NCBI GenBank assembly: GCA_023248155.1
Contig: JAHFFE010000003.1
Span: 148,159 to 212,158 of the forward strand
From: Candidatus Omnitrophota bacterium
GTDB lineage: Bacteria > Omnitrophota > Gorgyraeia > 1-14-0-20-64-10
Length of the DNA stretch: 64,000 bases
Direction: 5' to 3'
The translations under genes and the position numbers were made by a program. Position 1 is the first letter of the stretch. The number at the start of each line of letters is the position of its first letter. This document shows, one piece after another, positions 1-8,750 of this stretch. Below the pieces are notes generated by a model, which was given only the letters and a program-made list of their open reading frames with translations, searched no databases and was not told the DNA's origin.

Positions 1-570
1 CCGCCCGCCGTGCGCGAAGAAGCCGCCGGCTATCTGCATTCCATTGGAATTCCATCGGGCCGGCCTTTTTTTGCGCTGGTGCCGGGCGGAGGAGCCAGCT
101 GGGGACCCAATTCCATTTACAAACAGTGGCCGCCGGAACGGTTCGCCGAATTGGCCGGAAAATTGATGGACCGCGATTCCGCGGAATGCGTGATCATCGG
201 AGATAAAACGGAACAGCCGCTTTGCCAGGCGGTGGCCGCACAGATCAAGAGGCCGGTTTCGATCGCCGCGCCGGTTCCTTCGTTGAAAATTCTCGCGGGG
301 CTTTTGGCGCAGGCAGAACAAGTAATCGGCAACGACAGTGGTCCAATGCATCTGGCCACGGCCGTCGGCACGCGCACAGTTTCTATTTTTGGACCGGTGG
401 ACGCTGCCGTTTACGGACCGGCTGTTGCCGATAAAAATCATCGCGTCGTAACGCGCGGCATCACATGCCAGCCTTGCTATCATCATTTTCGTTTTCCGCC
501 GTGCCCCTGGGATAACGCCTGCTTGAAAGCGCTATCGGTAGAATCAGTACTGCAGGCCGCTGAAAAATGA
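1..570 (+). CDS. ADP-heptose:LPS heptosyltransferase (GT9, RfaF/WaaC/WaaQ-like), C-terminal part; 5' end upstream of window
   Basis: Open frame from nt 1; GT9 signature 'IGNDSGPMHLATAVG'; C-terminal Cys/His cluster; lies in LPS/heptose gene context (gmhB downstream). Confidence 0.75.
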   Translation, partial: PPAVREEAAGYLHSIGIPSGRPFFALVPGGGASWGPNSIYKQWPPERFAELAGKLMDRDSAECVIIGDKTEQPLCQAVAAQIKRPVSIAAPVPSLKILAGLLAQAEQVIGNDSGPMHLATAVGTRTVSIFGPVDAAVYGPAVADKNHRVVTRGITCQPCYHHFRFPPCPWDNACLKALSVESVLQAAEK

Positions 571-2117
571 ATCGCTCAATTTTAATCACGCTGATTTTAG
601 CGGCAGCCGCCTTGTTGCTGCTTACGGGATTGGGCAACGGACGGCTCTGGCAGGACGAGGCAGAGACCGCCGTGCTGGGCCGCAACACGCTGCAGTTTGG
701 TTATCCGAAAGTATCCGACGGCGTCAACCGAATCAACCCCTGGGTGCAAAGCACGACGCAAAAAGAAGCCTGGTCGTACCATACCTGGTTGTCGTTTTAT
801 TTGACGGCCGCTTCGTTCGCATGCTTCGGAGCGGGGACGGGGTCGGCGCGCCTGCCGTTTGCGCTGCTTGGATGGCTGACGATCTGGCTGTTCTACCGCT
901 GGGTGGACCGCTGGCATAAAGACCGTTCGCTGGCGATTCTCTGCGCGGCACTATTGACCGCTTCGGTGCCGTTTCTGCTGCACATGCGGCAATGCCGCTA
1001 TTATGCGCCGACGGTCTTCTTTTCCGTCTGGACCGCCTGGGCCTATATGCGGTTCCTGCATCAAAAACGGTGGGCCGGATTGGAATTGTTTTTTTCGCTG
1101 TTGCTGTTATTTCATTCGAATCACGGTGTTTTTATTCCTTCAGTGCTGGTGCTGGCCCTGCATGGTTCTTTCGAACCGCAGATCCGCCGGCGATGGAAAT
1201 CGGTGGCCGGAATCGCCGCTGTTTTATCTGTTTTTACCATTCCATTTTTCTTTTTGCTCAAAGCAGGCCAGCACCACGCCGGATTTACGGCGCTCGATTA
1301 TTGGCATCACGCGCAATTTTATTTCAGACAGATCAATAAATATCTGCTGCCGGTTACAATCTGGATTCCGCTGGCTTTTTTCTTTTTCAAACCAACCGGG
1401 GAGCCGCCCCTCAAACCCGGGCCGGACCGCTCCGCAATCCGATTCGCGGCGCTGACGATCGGCATCAATCTTCTTTTCCTGATGCTGGTCCCCACCCAAC
1501 GGCATTTCCGGTATTTGGTCCATTTGATTCCATGGATATTGCTGTTTCACGCGCTGCTGCTGCGCGCGCTCTACCGGCGCCGCCGGATCGCCGCATGCCT
1601 GGCGGTATTTCTGTTGATTGGAACCAACTGGCATTACGCGATTCCATCCCGGATTCTGGCGCGGTTTCCGCAGATCACCCACGGCCCGTCGAGCACGGAA
1701 CCGCTGCGGATATGGGCGTTTGATTATCTTGGAGAATTGACGCACGCTTATCGCGGCCCGGTCGACGGCATCGTGGAATATTTCAACAGGGAAGCCAAAC
1801 CCGGCCAAACGGTAAAAATTCCTTATGAAGACAATTCTCTTATTTTTTACACACGCATGAAAGTGGAGAAATTGTACAGCGTCGACGAATTTGTCAACGA
1901 AACCTATCCGGACTGGATCGTCCTTCGACGAGACTGGATCATTCCGGCATTTTTTTCGACCGCTTATTTCAGCCGGGTTGAATCCGGTTACGAAAAAATC
2001 ACGCTGGATGCGCCCGATATTCCGTTTCAGAACCGGCCGGACCCCGGTTTCCACCGGTTTCGTACCGACCGGCAGGCGCCGCCCGTTATTCTCTATCGGA
2101 AGAAACCGCCGGCATGA
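567..2117 (+). CDS. Polytopic membrane glycosyltransferase, ArnT/PMT-like (GT39/GT83 fold)
   Basis: 516 aa, about 11 hydrophobic helices; N-terminal 'GNGRLWQDEAETAVLGRN' resembles the ArnT/PMT family catalytic loop; ATGA overlap with upstream gene; paired with ArnC-like GT2 downstream. Confidence 0.6.
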   Translation: MNRSILITLILAAAALLLLTGLGNGRLWQDEAETAVLGRNTLQFGYPKVSDGVNRINPWVQSTTQKEAWSYHTWLSFYLTAASFACFGAGTGSARLPFALLGWLTIWLFYRWVDRWHKDRSLAILCAALLTASVPFLLHMRQCRYYAPTVFFSVWTAWAYMRFLHQKRWAGLELFFSLLLLFHSNHGVFIPSVLVLALHGSFEPQIRRRWKSVAGIAAVLSVFTIPFFFLLKAGQHHAGFTALDYWHHAQFYFRQINKYLLPVTIWIPLAFFFFKPTGEPPLKPGPDRSAIRFAALTIGINLLFLMLVPTQRHFRYLVHLIPWILLFHALLLRALYRRRRIAACLAVFLLIGTNWHYAIPSRILARFPQITHGPSSTEPLRIWAFDYLGELTHAYRGPVDGIVEYFNREAKPGQTVKIPYEDNSLIFYTRMKVEKLYSVDEFVNETYPDWIVLRRDWIIPAFFSTAYFSRVESGYEKITLDAPDIPFQNRPDPGFHRFRTDRQAPPVILYRKKPPA

Positions 2118-2842
2118 CGACGATTTCATTATCCATTATCATTCCGGCTTATAATGAAGGTCCGCGCATCGTTAAAACGCTTGAAACGGTATCCGGTTAT
2201 TTATCCAGACAACCGTACAGCTGGGAAATCGTCGTGGTCAACGACGGAAGCAACGATGACACGGCGGACCGGCTGCGGGGAATGCTTCCAAAGATACCGC
2301 AGCTGTTCTGGAGCAACCATCAGAAAAATTACGGCAAAGGCGCGGCGGTCCGCACCGGCCTGCACCAGGCGCGCGGAGAACGGATATTGATTTACGACGC
2401 CGACGGCGCTACGCCGATTGAAGAGATCGAGAAATGTTTCGAGCCGCTCAAAAACGGCGCGCAAATTGTTTCGGGATCACGGCGGATGGCCGGAGCCGCC
2501 GTCGAGATCGATCAGAGACGGATCCGCCGTATCCTGGGCGCCGGCTACCGGCGGCTCTGCCGTTTTTTCGTGACGCCCGGCATCTCCGATATTACCTGCG
2601 GGTTCAAAATGGTGACGCAGAATGCGCGTGACATCCTGGTGCCTCGCATGCGCGTGCGCGGCTGGTCCTTCGACGCCGAAATCTTCGTGATCGCGCGGCA
2701 GCACCGGTTGACCATTATTGAAATTCCGGTCCGATGGGCCGATCAGCACAAAACCAAGGTGCGGCTGGGACGGGATTTGTTGGCGTCGTTTTTTGAACTG
2801 ATCGGCATTTTATTGCGTAAAATAGTAGGCACTTATCGGTAG
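2114..2842 (+). CDS. GT2 polyprenyl-phosphate glycosyltransferase (ArnC / dolichol-phosphate mannosyltransferase-like)
   Basis: 'IIIPAYNEGPRIVKTLETV...VVNDGSNDDTAD...YDADGATP' GT-A motifs (DxD = DAD); C-terminal amphipathic tail; ATGA overlap. Confidence 0.75.
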   Translation: MTTISLSIIIPAYNEGPRIVKTLETVSGYLSRQPYSWEIVVVNDGSNDDTADRLRGMLPKIPQLFWSNHQKNYGKGAAVRTGLHQARGERILIYDADGATPIEEIEKCFEPLKNGAQIVSGSRRMAGAAVEIDQRRIRRILGAGYRRLCRFFVTPGISDITCGFKMVTQNARDILVPRMRVRGWSFDAEIFVIARQHRLTIIEIPVRWADQHKTKVRLGRDLLASFFELIGILLRKIVGTYR

Positions 2843-2851
2843 GAGAATTGA

Positions 2852-3697
2852 ATGAAAATTGGCGCCGTATTTTGCATCTACAATGAACCGGAATATATCG
2901 ACTATGCCGTGAGATCGGTTCTGCCCGCGGTCGAAAAGGTATTCATCGTGCTGGGCAAAGCGCCCTATACCGCCTACAATCCGAAAGCGCGCGATCTCTC
3001 GAAAGCCGATACGCAGACCGAACCGATCGTCGACCGCCTCGCCGGGGAATACCCGGATAAAATCCAGGTCACCAAAGGAATTTGGGACAATGAACTCGAC
3101 GAGCGGAACACCGGTTTAAAAATGTGCCTGGATGCCGGAATGGACTATTTTTGGCTGGTCGACGGCGATGAAGTTTACCGGGCCGATCATATCGAGAACA
3201 TCAAGCGCGGCATCGCGGAACATCCGAACCACGGCACCTTCATCGTCAAATGCGATACCTTCTGGAGAAGCTTTAACTACCGGATTCCGGCGCAGGAAAA
3301 TTCGTGGCGCCCGCGCCGCATTTTCAAGCTGACGAAATGGCGCACGCTGCTGGGCATCCCGATTTTTCCGCATCAGCTGCGTTTCAAAGGGATCAATGAC
3401 ATTACCAGCCTCGGACCCATTTACGAATTTCCGCCGGAACAGGCGATCTTTTATCATTTTTCGTACGCGCGGTCTTCGAAAGCGATGGATGAAAAATTCG
3501 TAACCTTCAGCCACGCGCACCAAATCCTGCCCGACTGGGTAGAGAAAGTCTGGAAACCGTGGCCCAATAACCGTGAAATGGAAAACATTCATCCGGTCGA
3601 TCCGCCTAAATTTCCGAAAGCGCATTTTGTCCGGCCGGATGATTTTCCGGAGATCCTCAAAAAACATCCTTACTATGGCCTCGACCTCATCCCGTAA
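2852..3697 (+). CDS. Putative GT-A fold glycosyltransferase (GT2-like), uncharacterized
   Basis: 'AVFCIYNEPEYIDYAVRSV' and 'WLVDGDEV' (DxD) motifs; RBS aggagaattgaATG. Confidence 0.45.
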   Translation: MKIGAVFCIYNEPEYIDYAVRSVLPAVEKVFIVLGKAPYTAYNPKARDLSKADTQTEPIVDRLAGEYPDKIQVTKGIWDNELDERNTGLKMCLDAGMDYFWLVDGDEVYRADHIENIKRGIAEHPNHGTFIVKCDTFWRSFNYRIPAQENSWRPRRIFKLTKWRTLLGIPIFPHQLRFKGINDITSLGPIYEFPPEQAIFYHFSYARSSKAMDEKFVTFSHAHQILPDWVEKVWKPWPNNREMENIHPVDPPKFPKAHFVRPDDFPEILKKHPYYGLDLIP

Positions 3698-4823
3698 CGG
3701 TCCCGAGCAGGGGCCGCTGTGTGACATCGTCATTCCGATCTGGAACCAGCCGGAACGGACGGGCCGCTGCCTTGAGAGCATCCTGGCCGAAACCACTGAA
3801 CCGGTGCGGTTAATTTTAATCGACAACGGCAGCGAAGCGCCGACGCGCGAACTGCTCGACCGGTTCCAGGTCACCAGACGGTGCGCCGAGGCGCCTGGTG
3901 GCGTCATTTCCGCTAACGCCAGCCGGTATCCGGTCCAGATTATCCGCAACAAAGAAAATCTCGGATTTATTCGTGGAGTAAACCAGGGGATCCGCGCCTC
4001 GAACGCTCCCTGGATCTGTTTGCTGAACAACGACACGATCGTCAGCCCCGGCTGGCTGACCGAATTATTGCGCGTCGGCCAGGGAAATCCTTCCATTGGC
4101 CTGATCAATCCGACCAGCAATTCGCTCGGTTACAACGCCGGATCCAACTCACCGGCGGAAGTCGCGCGATTATTAAAATCGGAGTCGGGCCGCTGGACCG
4201 AGTTAACCACGGCACTCGGCTTCTGCCTTTTTTCCCGCAGAGCGCTCTATGACCAGGTGGGCCTGCTCGATGAATCGTTCGGCATGGGCTATTTCGATGA
4301 CGATGATCTCTCTCGCCGCGTTCGAAAAGCCGGCCTGCTCTGCGTACGCGCCTGCGCGGCCTATGTTTACCACGAAGAACAGGTCAGCTTTAAAGAGCTG
4401 CCGGGCTGGAAAAAAACATTCGAAGAAAACCGCTCTAAATTTCATGAACGGTGGGGCCGCCCGCTGCGGATTCTTTGGGCGATGCCGTCGGCCAATCCGC
4501 GCTCAATGGAAATCGCCGCGCGGCGCGCCCAGGAAGGGCACTGGATCACTTTTATTACGCCGGCGCCGATCCCGGACGCGCAATGGCCGTCGCAAGCACA
4601 GTTGAACCGACTGGAGCTACCGGCTGCCGGCTGGAAACGACAGACCCTTTTGAAATTAATTATCCGACGAAAAAAACCGTTTGATCTGCTGGTCAGCGAA
4701 GAACCGTCGGTCAGCCGTTGGGCCGGCCGGCTGGGGTGGCTGCACCATGCGCGCATTCTTAACAAACCTGATGAAAAGGATCTCATTGAACAATGCCGGA
4801 AATTGTCCCTCTCTCCGTCCTAG
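3675..4823 (+). CDS. GT2 family glycosyltransferase with about 150 aa C-terminal extension (alternative upstream start at 3573 rejected)
   Basis: 'CDIVIPIWNQPERTGRCLESI...LILIDNGSEAP' GT2 N-terminus; ATG at 3675 gives a 23-nt overlap with the upstream gene, whereas 3573 would overlap 125 nt. Confidence 0.6.
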   Translation: MASTSSRNGPEQGPLCDIVIPIWNQPERTGRCLESILAETTEPVRLILIDNGSEAPTRELLDRFQVTRRCAEAPGGVISANASRYPVQIIRNKENLGFIRGVNQGIRASNAPWICLLNNDTIVSPGWLTELLRVGQGNPSIGLINPTSNSLGYNAGSNSPAEVARLLKSESGRWTELTTALGFCLFSRRALYDQVGLLDESFGMGYFDDDDLSRRVRKAGLLCVRACAAYVYHEEQVSFKELPGWKKTFEENRSKFHERWGRPLRILWAMPSANPRSMEIAARRAQEGHWITFITPAPIPDAQWPSQAQLNRLELPAAGWKRQTLLKLIIRRKKPFDLLVSEEPSVSRWAGRLGWLHHARILNKPDEKDLIEQCRKLSLSPS

Positions 4824-6379
4824 TCATTACCAAGAACGAGGAAAAACGGCTTCCCGAATGCCTCGATTCGGTCCGGTGGGCCGGCGAACTGATCGTGCTT
4901 GACGACGAATCGACCGACGGCACGCTCGATGTCGCGCGCGCTTACGGCGCTAAAATCCTTCAGCGAAAAATGGATGTCGAGGGCCGCCACCGCAACTATG
5001 GCTACGCACAGGCCAAATACGAATGGGTCTTGAGCATCGATGCCGATGAGCGCGTAACGCCGGAGCTGCGCGACGAGATTATCGCCTTGCTGAAAACCAA
5101 TCCCGCGCTAAACGGCTACACAATGCCGCGAAAAAATTTTATGGGCAAGCGCTGGATCAAAAAAGGGGGCTGGTATCCCAGTCCCCAGCTGAAACTGTTC
5201 CGCCGCGATCATTTCAAGTACGAGGAAAGCGAGGTCCATCCGCGCGCATTCCTCGATACGGCCTGCGGAAATCTCAAAGGGGATTTGCTCCATTACTCCT
5301 ACCGGGACCTGTACGATTTCATCGGCAAGCAAAACAAACAAACCACACTGGAAGTGCGCAAGTGGGTGAAGGATGGACGAAAAATGCCTCTGTCCAAAGC
5401 GCTCTGGCGCACCTTCGACCGCTACTACCGCAGTTATGCGGCAAAAAAAGGAAGCGAAGACGGAACTCTCGGCTACATCCTGGCAGCGATGGGAGGGATG
5501 TACCAATTTGTCAGCTACACCAAATATTGGGCCATCAAGAAAGTGCCCGCCGCACAGCCGGGTGCCGAGAAAAAAATCGCCTATCCGCCGGCAGAAAAAT
5601 CAACGCATCGCCGAAAAAAAATTTCGGCCGTTATCTTAACGAAAAATGCCGCAAAAAAACTCGAAACCTGTCTTAATTCCTTGCGATGGGCGGATGAAAT
5701 TGTGCTGGTCGACGGCGGCTCCACCGACGAAACCGTCGCGTTGGCAACGGCCGCCGGCGCTGTTGTCGTTACCGACATGACGGCCGACAATTTCGGGGCA
5801 CTGCGCAACCGCGGAACCGATGCGGACAGCGGCGACTGGGTTCTTCAGCTCGACGCCGACGAACGAATCACGCCGGCTTTTTACAATGACCTGGAAAAAT
5901 TGCTGGCGCAGGATACGTCCCGGCATGCCGCTTATAAATTCCGGCGGGAAAATATTTTTCTGGGCAAAAAAATGCGGTTCGGCGGATGGACGCATGATTC
6001 GCTGCACCTGTTCCGGAAGGGAATGGCGCGTTACGAAGGACGCGTGCATGAAAAACTGATCGTCAGCGGCACCGTCGGCCGCATGAAAACCGGCGTCGAA
6101 CATGCTCCGTTTGATTCGATTGAAGAGTTCCTCGACCGGCAAAACCGCTACTCGACGCTGGAAGCGCGCCAGTGGCTTTCGGAGCGCGGCGGACATATTC
6201 CCGAAGACGAGGTGCTGCGCCAGATCCAAAAAAGGCCGTGGCGACTGTTCATTAAAATTTACTTTCGTAAAAAGGGATTTCTTGACGGCACCCACGGATT
6301 TTTATTCTCCGGATTATTTGCCTATCTGCATTTAATTAAATGGGCCAAGGTCTGGGAGATTCAAAATGCCCAAGAGTAA
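4793..6379 (+). CDS. Tandem-domain GT2 glycosyltransferase (two WaaE/KdtX-like domains)
   Basis: Two repeats of 'VI(L)TKN(E/A)...L..CL.S(V/L)RWA(G/D)E(L/I)V(L)(D/V)D..STD(G/E)T...A' each followed by 'D(A)DER(V/I)TP'; typical of LPS core beta-glucosyltransferases. Confidence 0.7.
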   Translation: MPEIVPLSVLVITKNEEKRLPECLDSVRWAGELIVLDDESTDGTLDVARAYGAKILQRKMDVEGRHRNYGYAQAKYEWVLSIDADERVTPELRDEIIALLKTNPALNGYTMPRKNFMGKRWIKKGGWYPSPQLKLFRRDHFKYEESEVHPRAFLDTACGNLKGDLLHYSYRDLYDFIGKQNKQTTLEVRKWVKDGRKMPLSKALWRTFDRYYRSYAAKKGSEDGTLGYILAAMGGMYQFVSYTKYWAIKKVPAAQPGAEKKIAYPPAEKSTHRRKKISAVILTKNAAKKLETCLNSLRWADEIVLVDGGSTDETVALATAAGAVVVTDMTADNFGALRNRGTDADSGDWVLQLDADERITPAFYNDLEKLLAQDTSRHAAYKFRRENIFLGKKMRFGGWTHDSLHLFRKGMARYEGRVHEKLIVSGTVGRMKTGVEHAPFDSIEEFLDRQNRYSTLEARQWLSERGGHIPEDEVLRQIQKRPWRLFIKIYFRKKGFLDGTHGFLFSGLFAYLHLIKWAKVWEIQNAQE

Positions 6380-6929
6380 CGGGGCCATCTTTCTGGACCG
6401 CGACGGCGTCATCAACCATCCGCCGTCGGAGGAGCGCCGCTACATTCGCAACTGGAAAGAGTTCCGGTTTATTCCCGGAACGCTAAGAGCGCTCAAAAAA
6501 CTTCACCAGGCCAAGAAACAGGTGATTGTCGTTTCGAACCAGGCCGGCGTCGGCAAAAAAATCATGACGCAGCAACAACTGAATGATCTGACGCTTCAGA
6601 TGCGCAAAGCCGTTGAAAAAACAGGCGGAAAACTGCATGCCGTTTATTACTGCACGCATCCGCCCAGTGCCGGATGCCGCTGCCGCAAGCCGTATACCGG
6701 CATGCTTAAAAAAGCGCGCCGCAAATTCGGGATTGATTTGGCACGCTCGATTGTAGTCGGAGACAGCCCAACCGATATCCTGATGGGACAACTGGCCGGC
6801 TGCGCAACCGTGATGGTATTGTCCGGAAAAACCAACCGCCGCGTCGCTTCGCACATGGCGCATCCGGCGCATTATTTGGCCAAAAACCTCGATCAGGCCG
6901 TACAATGGATTCTGGAAAATCACCGATGA
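6366..6929 (+). CDS. gmhB: D-glycero-D-manno-heptose 1,7-bisphosphate phosphatase GmhB (HAD family)
   Basis: 'IFLDRDGVIN' HAD motif I, 'VVSNQAGV' motif II, Zn-binding 'C.H......C.CRKP', 'VGDSPTD' motif IV. Confidence 0.85.
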   Translation: MPKSNGAIFLDRDGVINHPPSEERRYIRNWKEFRFIPGTLRALKKLHQAKKQVIVVSNQAGVGKKIMTQQQLNDLTLQMRKAVEKTGGKLHAVYYCTHPPSAGCRCRKPYTGMLKKARRKFGIDLARSIVVGDSPTDILMGQLAGCATVMVLSGKTNRRVASHMAHPAHYLAKNLDQAVQWILENHR

Positions 6930-8038
6930 AAAAAATTCTTGTCCTGTACGTGCCGGCCGGAGCCGGCCACCAGAAAGCGGCCGAGGCCGTTGCCATTGCG
7001 CTGTCACAGCATAAATCCGAGTGCACCGTTACGCTGATGGACGCTCTTGACCGGATGCCGCCCCATTTCAGCTGGTCGTTCAAGGGCGGCTACCTCGGCA
7101 TGATCCAGAATTTTCCATGGGTTTGGGGTCTGGCTTATTATGGAACAGACATCCGGTTCCTTTCGCGGCTCTCGCAGGCAATCCACCGTCTCGTCAACAG
7201 CCTGCAGGGGAAGTGGCTGGAAGCAATCATCCTCGAGCAGAAGCCGGATGTCATCATTAGTACCCATTTTTTTCCGGCCGATGTCGCTGCGCACATGAAA
7301 AAGAATCTGAATCTGCGCGCCGTAACGGTTGTTACCGATTATCTGCCGCACTCCATCTGGATTGCAAAAAATACAGACCTTTATTGCGCCGGCTCGGAAA
7401 CTACGCGGAAGGATCTCATGGAGCGCGGGGTGCCGGACGAAAAAATCATCATTACCGGAATTCCTGTCGATCCGAAATTTGCAATAGTTCTCAACCGGAC
7501 CGCCACAGCCAAAACGCTTGGAATTTCCCCGGAGAAATTCACGCTGTTAATCTGCTCTGGCGGATTCGGCACCGGTCCTGTCAAATCACTGGCGGAAAGC
7601 CTGCGTGAAATTCCGGAACGAATGCAGGTCTTAATCGTGGCCGGTAAGAACCCTGCACTGCGCGGTGAACTGGAAGCGTTGAAACCATCGATCCCGCACG
7701 ACCTGACGGTCTACGGATTTGTCGATAACATTGATCAATTGATGAGCGTCTCCGATCTGTTGATCACCAAACCGGGCGGGTTAAGCTGCAGTGAGGCGCT
7801 GGCAAAACAACTGCCGATGATTCTTGTCTTTCCGATCCCGGGGCAGGAAGAGCACAACGCCCAGGTTTTAGAAAAGGCGGGAACAGCCCTCCGTATGAAT
7901 CAGGTGGGCGAACTACCCGTATTGATCCGCCGCATCCGCACGGAACCGGCGTTCCGGCAGCAATTGATTGAAAACGGTAAAACAGTGCGCCGTCCCGGTG
8001 CCGCAGAACAGATCGCGCAGCTGGCTTTGTCATCATGA
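6926..8038 (+). CDS. GT28-family MGDG-synthase-like glycosyltransferase (UgtP/MurG-like GT-B)
   Basis: 'KKILVLYVPAGAGHQKAAEAV' N-terminus and C-terminal 'TKPGGLSCSEALAKQLPMILVFPIPGQEEHNAQVLEKAG' typical of the MGDG_synth + Glyco_tran_28_C architecture; ATGA overlap start at 6926. Confidence 0.65.
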   Translation: MKKILVLYVPAGAGHQKAAEAVAIALSQHKSECTVTLMDALDRMPPHFSWSFKGGYLGMIQNFPWVWGLAYYGTDIRFLSRLSQAIHRLVNSLQGKWLEAIILEQKPDVIISTHFFPADVAAHMKKNLNLRAVTVVTDYLPHSIWIAKNTDLYCAGSETTRKDLMERGVPDEKIIITGIPVDPKFAIVLNRTATAKTLGISPEKFTLLICSGGFGTGPVKSLAESLREIPERMQVLIVAGKNPALRGELEALKPSIPHDLTVYGFVDNIDQLMSVSDLLITKPGGLSCSEALAKQLPMILVFPIPGQEEHNAQVLEKAGTALRMNQVGELPVLIRRIRTEPAFRQQLIENGKTVRRPGAAEQIAQLALSS

Positions 8039-8745
8039 ACGATCGCTCAGAACTTAACGCGATCATCCGGGAAACGCAAAAAATCCTGAAATCGTATCCG
8101 GTCTTTGGGACCCACGAACTTCCGGTACTACCTACGCGCACGAAGGAGAAACCCATGAAATCCGTAACCGCCGCATCCAAAGAACAAATATTGGCGCCGG
8201 TCCGCGAAAAAGCGCTCGTCTGCCAGGACTGCCGCCTCTGTAAAACACGCAACAGCGTCGTATTCGGCGAAGGGTCGCTGGATGCAGAGCTTGTTTTCGT
8301 CGGAGAAGGACCCGGCCGCGATGAAGACAAGCAGGGCCGCCCGTTTGTGGGTGCCGCCGGCAACCTGCTTAACAAAATGATTACTGCCATGCAAATGACG
8401 CGCGAAGAAGTTTACATCTGCAATGTCGTCAAATGCCGGCCTCCGCAGAACCGGCCGCCGGAACCGGATGAAGTGGCCGCCTGCGGCGGATACCTTGAAT
8501 CTCAATTATTAACGATCCGTCCCAAAATCGTCTGCGCGCTCGGAAAAACCGCCGCTTCGGCGTTACTGCAAACCGAAGCGCCGATGTCCGCGCTGCGCGG
8601 AAAAACATTCGACTGGAAAGGCCTTACGATGGTGGTGACTTATCATCCGGCCTATCTGCTGCGCAACCCCTCGGCAAAAAAAGAAGTTTGGATCGATATG
8701 CTTCGCGTGCTTGAAATGCTCGGCCGTCCGGTCCCCGCCGTCTAA
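8035..8745 (+). CDS. Uracil-DNA glycosylase, family 4 (4Fe-4S)
   Basis: 'GEGPGRDEDKQGRPFVGAAGNLLNKM' and 'CNVVKCRPPQNR...ACGGYL' family-4 UDG motifs. Confidence 0.85.
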   Translation: MNDRSELNAIIRETQKILKSYPVFGTHELPVLPTRTKEKPMKSVTAASKEQILAPVREKALVCQDCRLCKTRNSVVFGEGSLDAELVFVGEGPGRDEDKQGRPFVGAAGNLLNKMITAMQMTREEVYICNVVKCRPPQNRPPEPDEVAACGGYLESQLLTIRPKIVCALGKTAASALLQTEAPMSALRGKTFDWKGLTMVVTYHPAYLLRNPSAKKEVWIDMLRVLEMLGRPVPAV

Positions 8746-8750
8746 AAACC

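Noticed and set aside
1224-2129. 301-aa minus-strand ORF
   Set aside because: Fully antisense to the ArnT-like membrane protein gene. No recognisable motifs, and its Arg/Pro/Gly-rich composition is typical of shadow ORFs in GC-rich DNA.
3573-3674. Upstream start (3573) for the GT2 gene giving 416 aa
   Set aside because: It would overlap the preceding gene by 125 nt and adds a basic non-homologous N-terminus. The ATG at 3675 preceding the GT2 core is preferred.
3116-4120. 334-aa minus-strand ORF
   Set aside because: Antisense to two GT2 genes with clear motifs on the + strand; no independent support.
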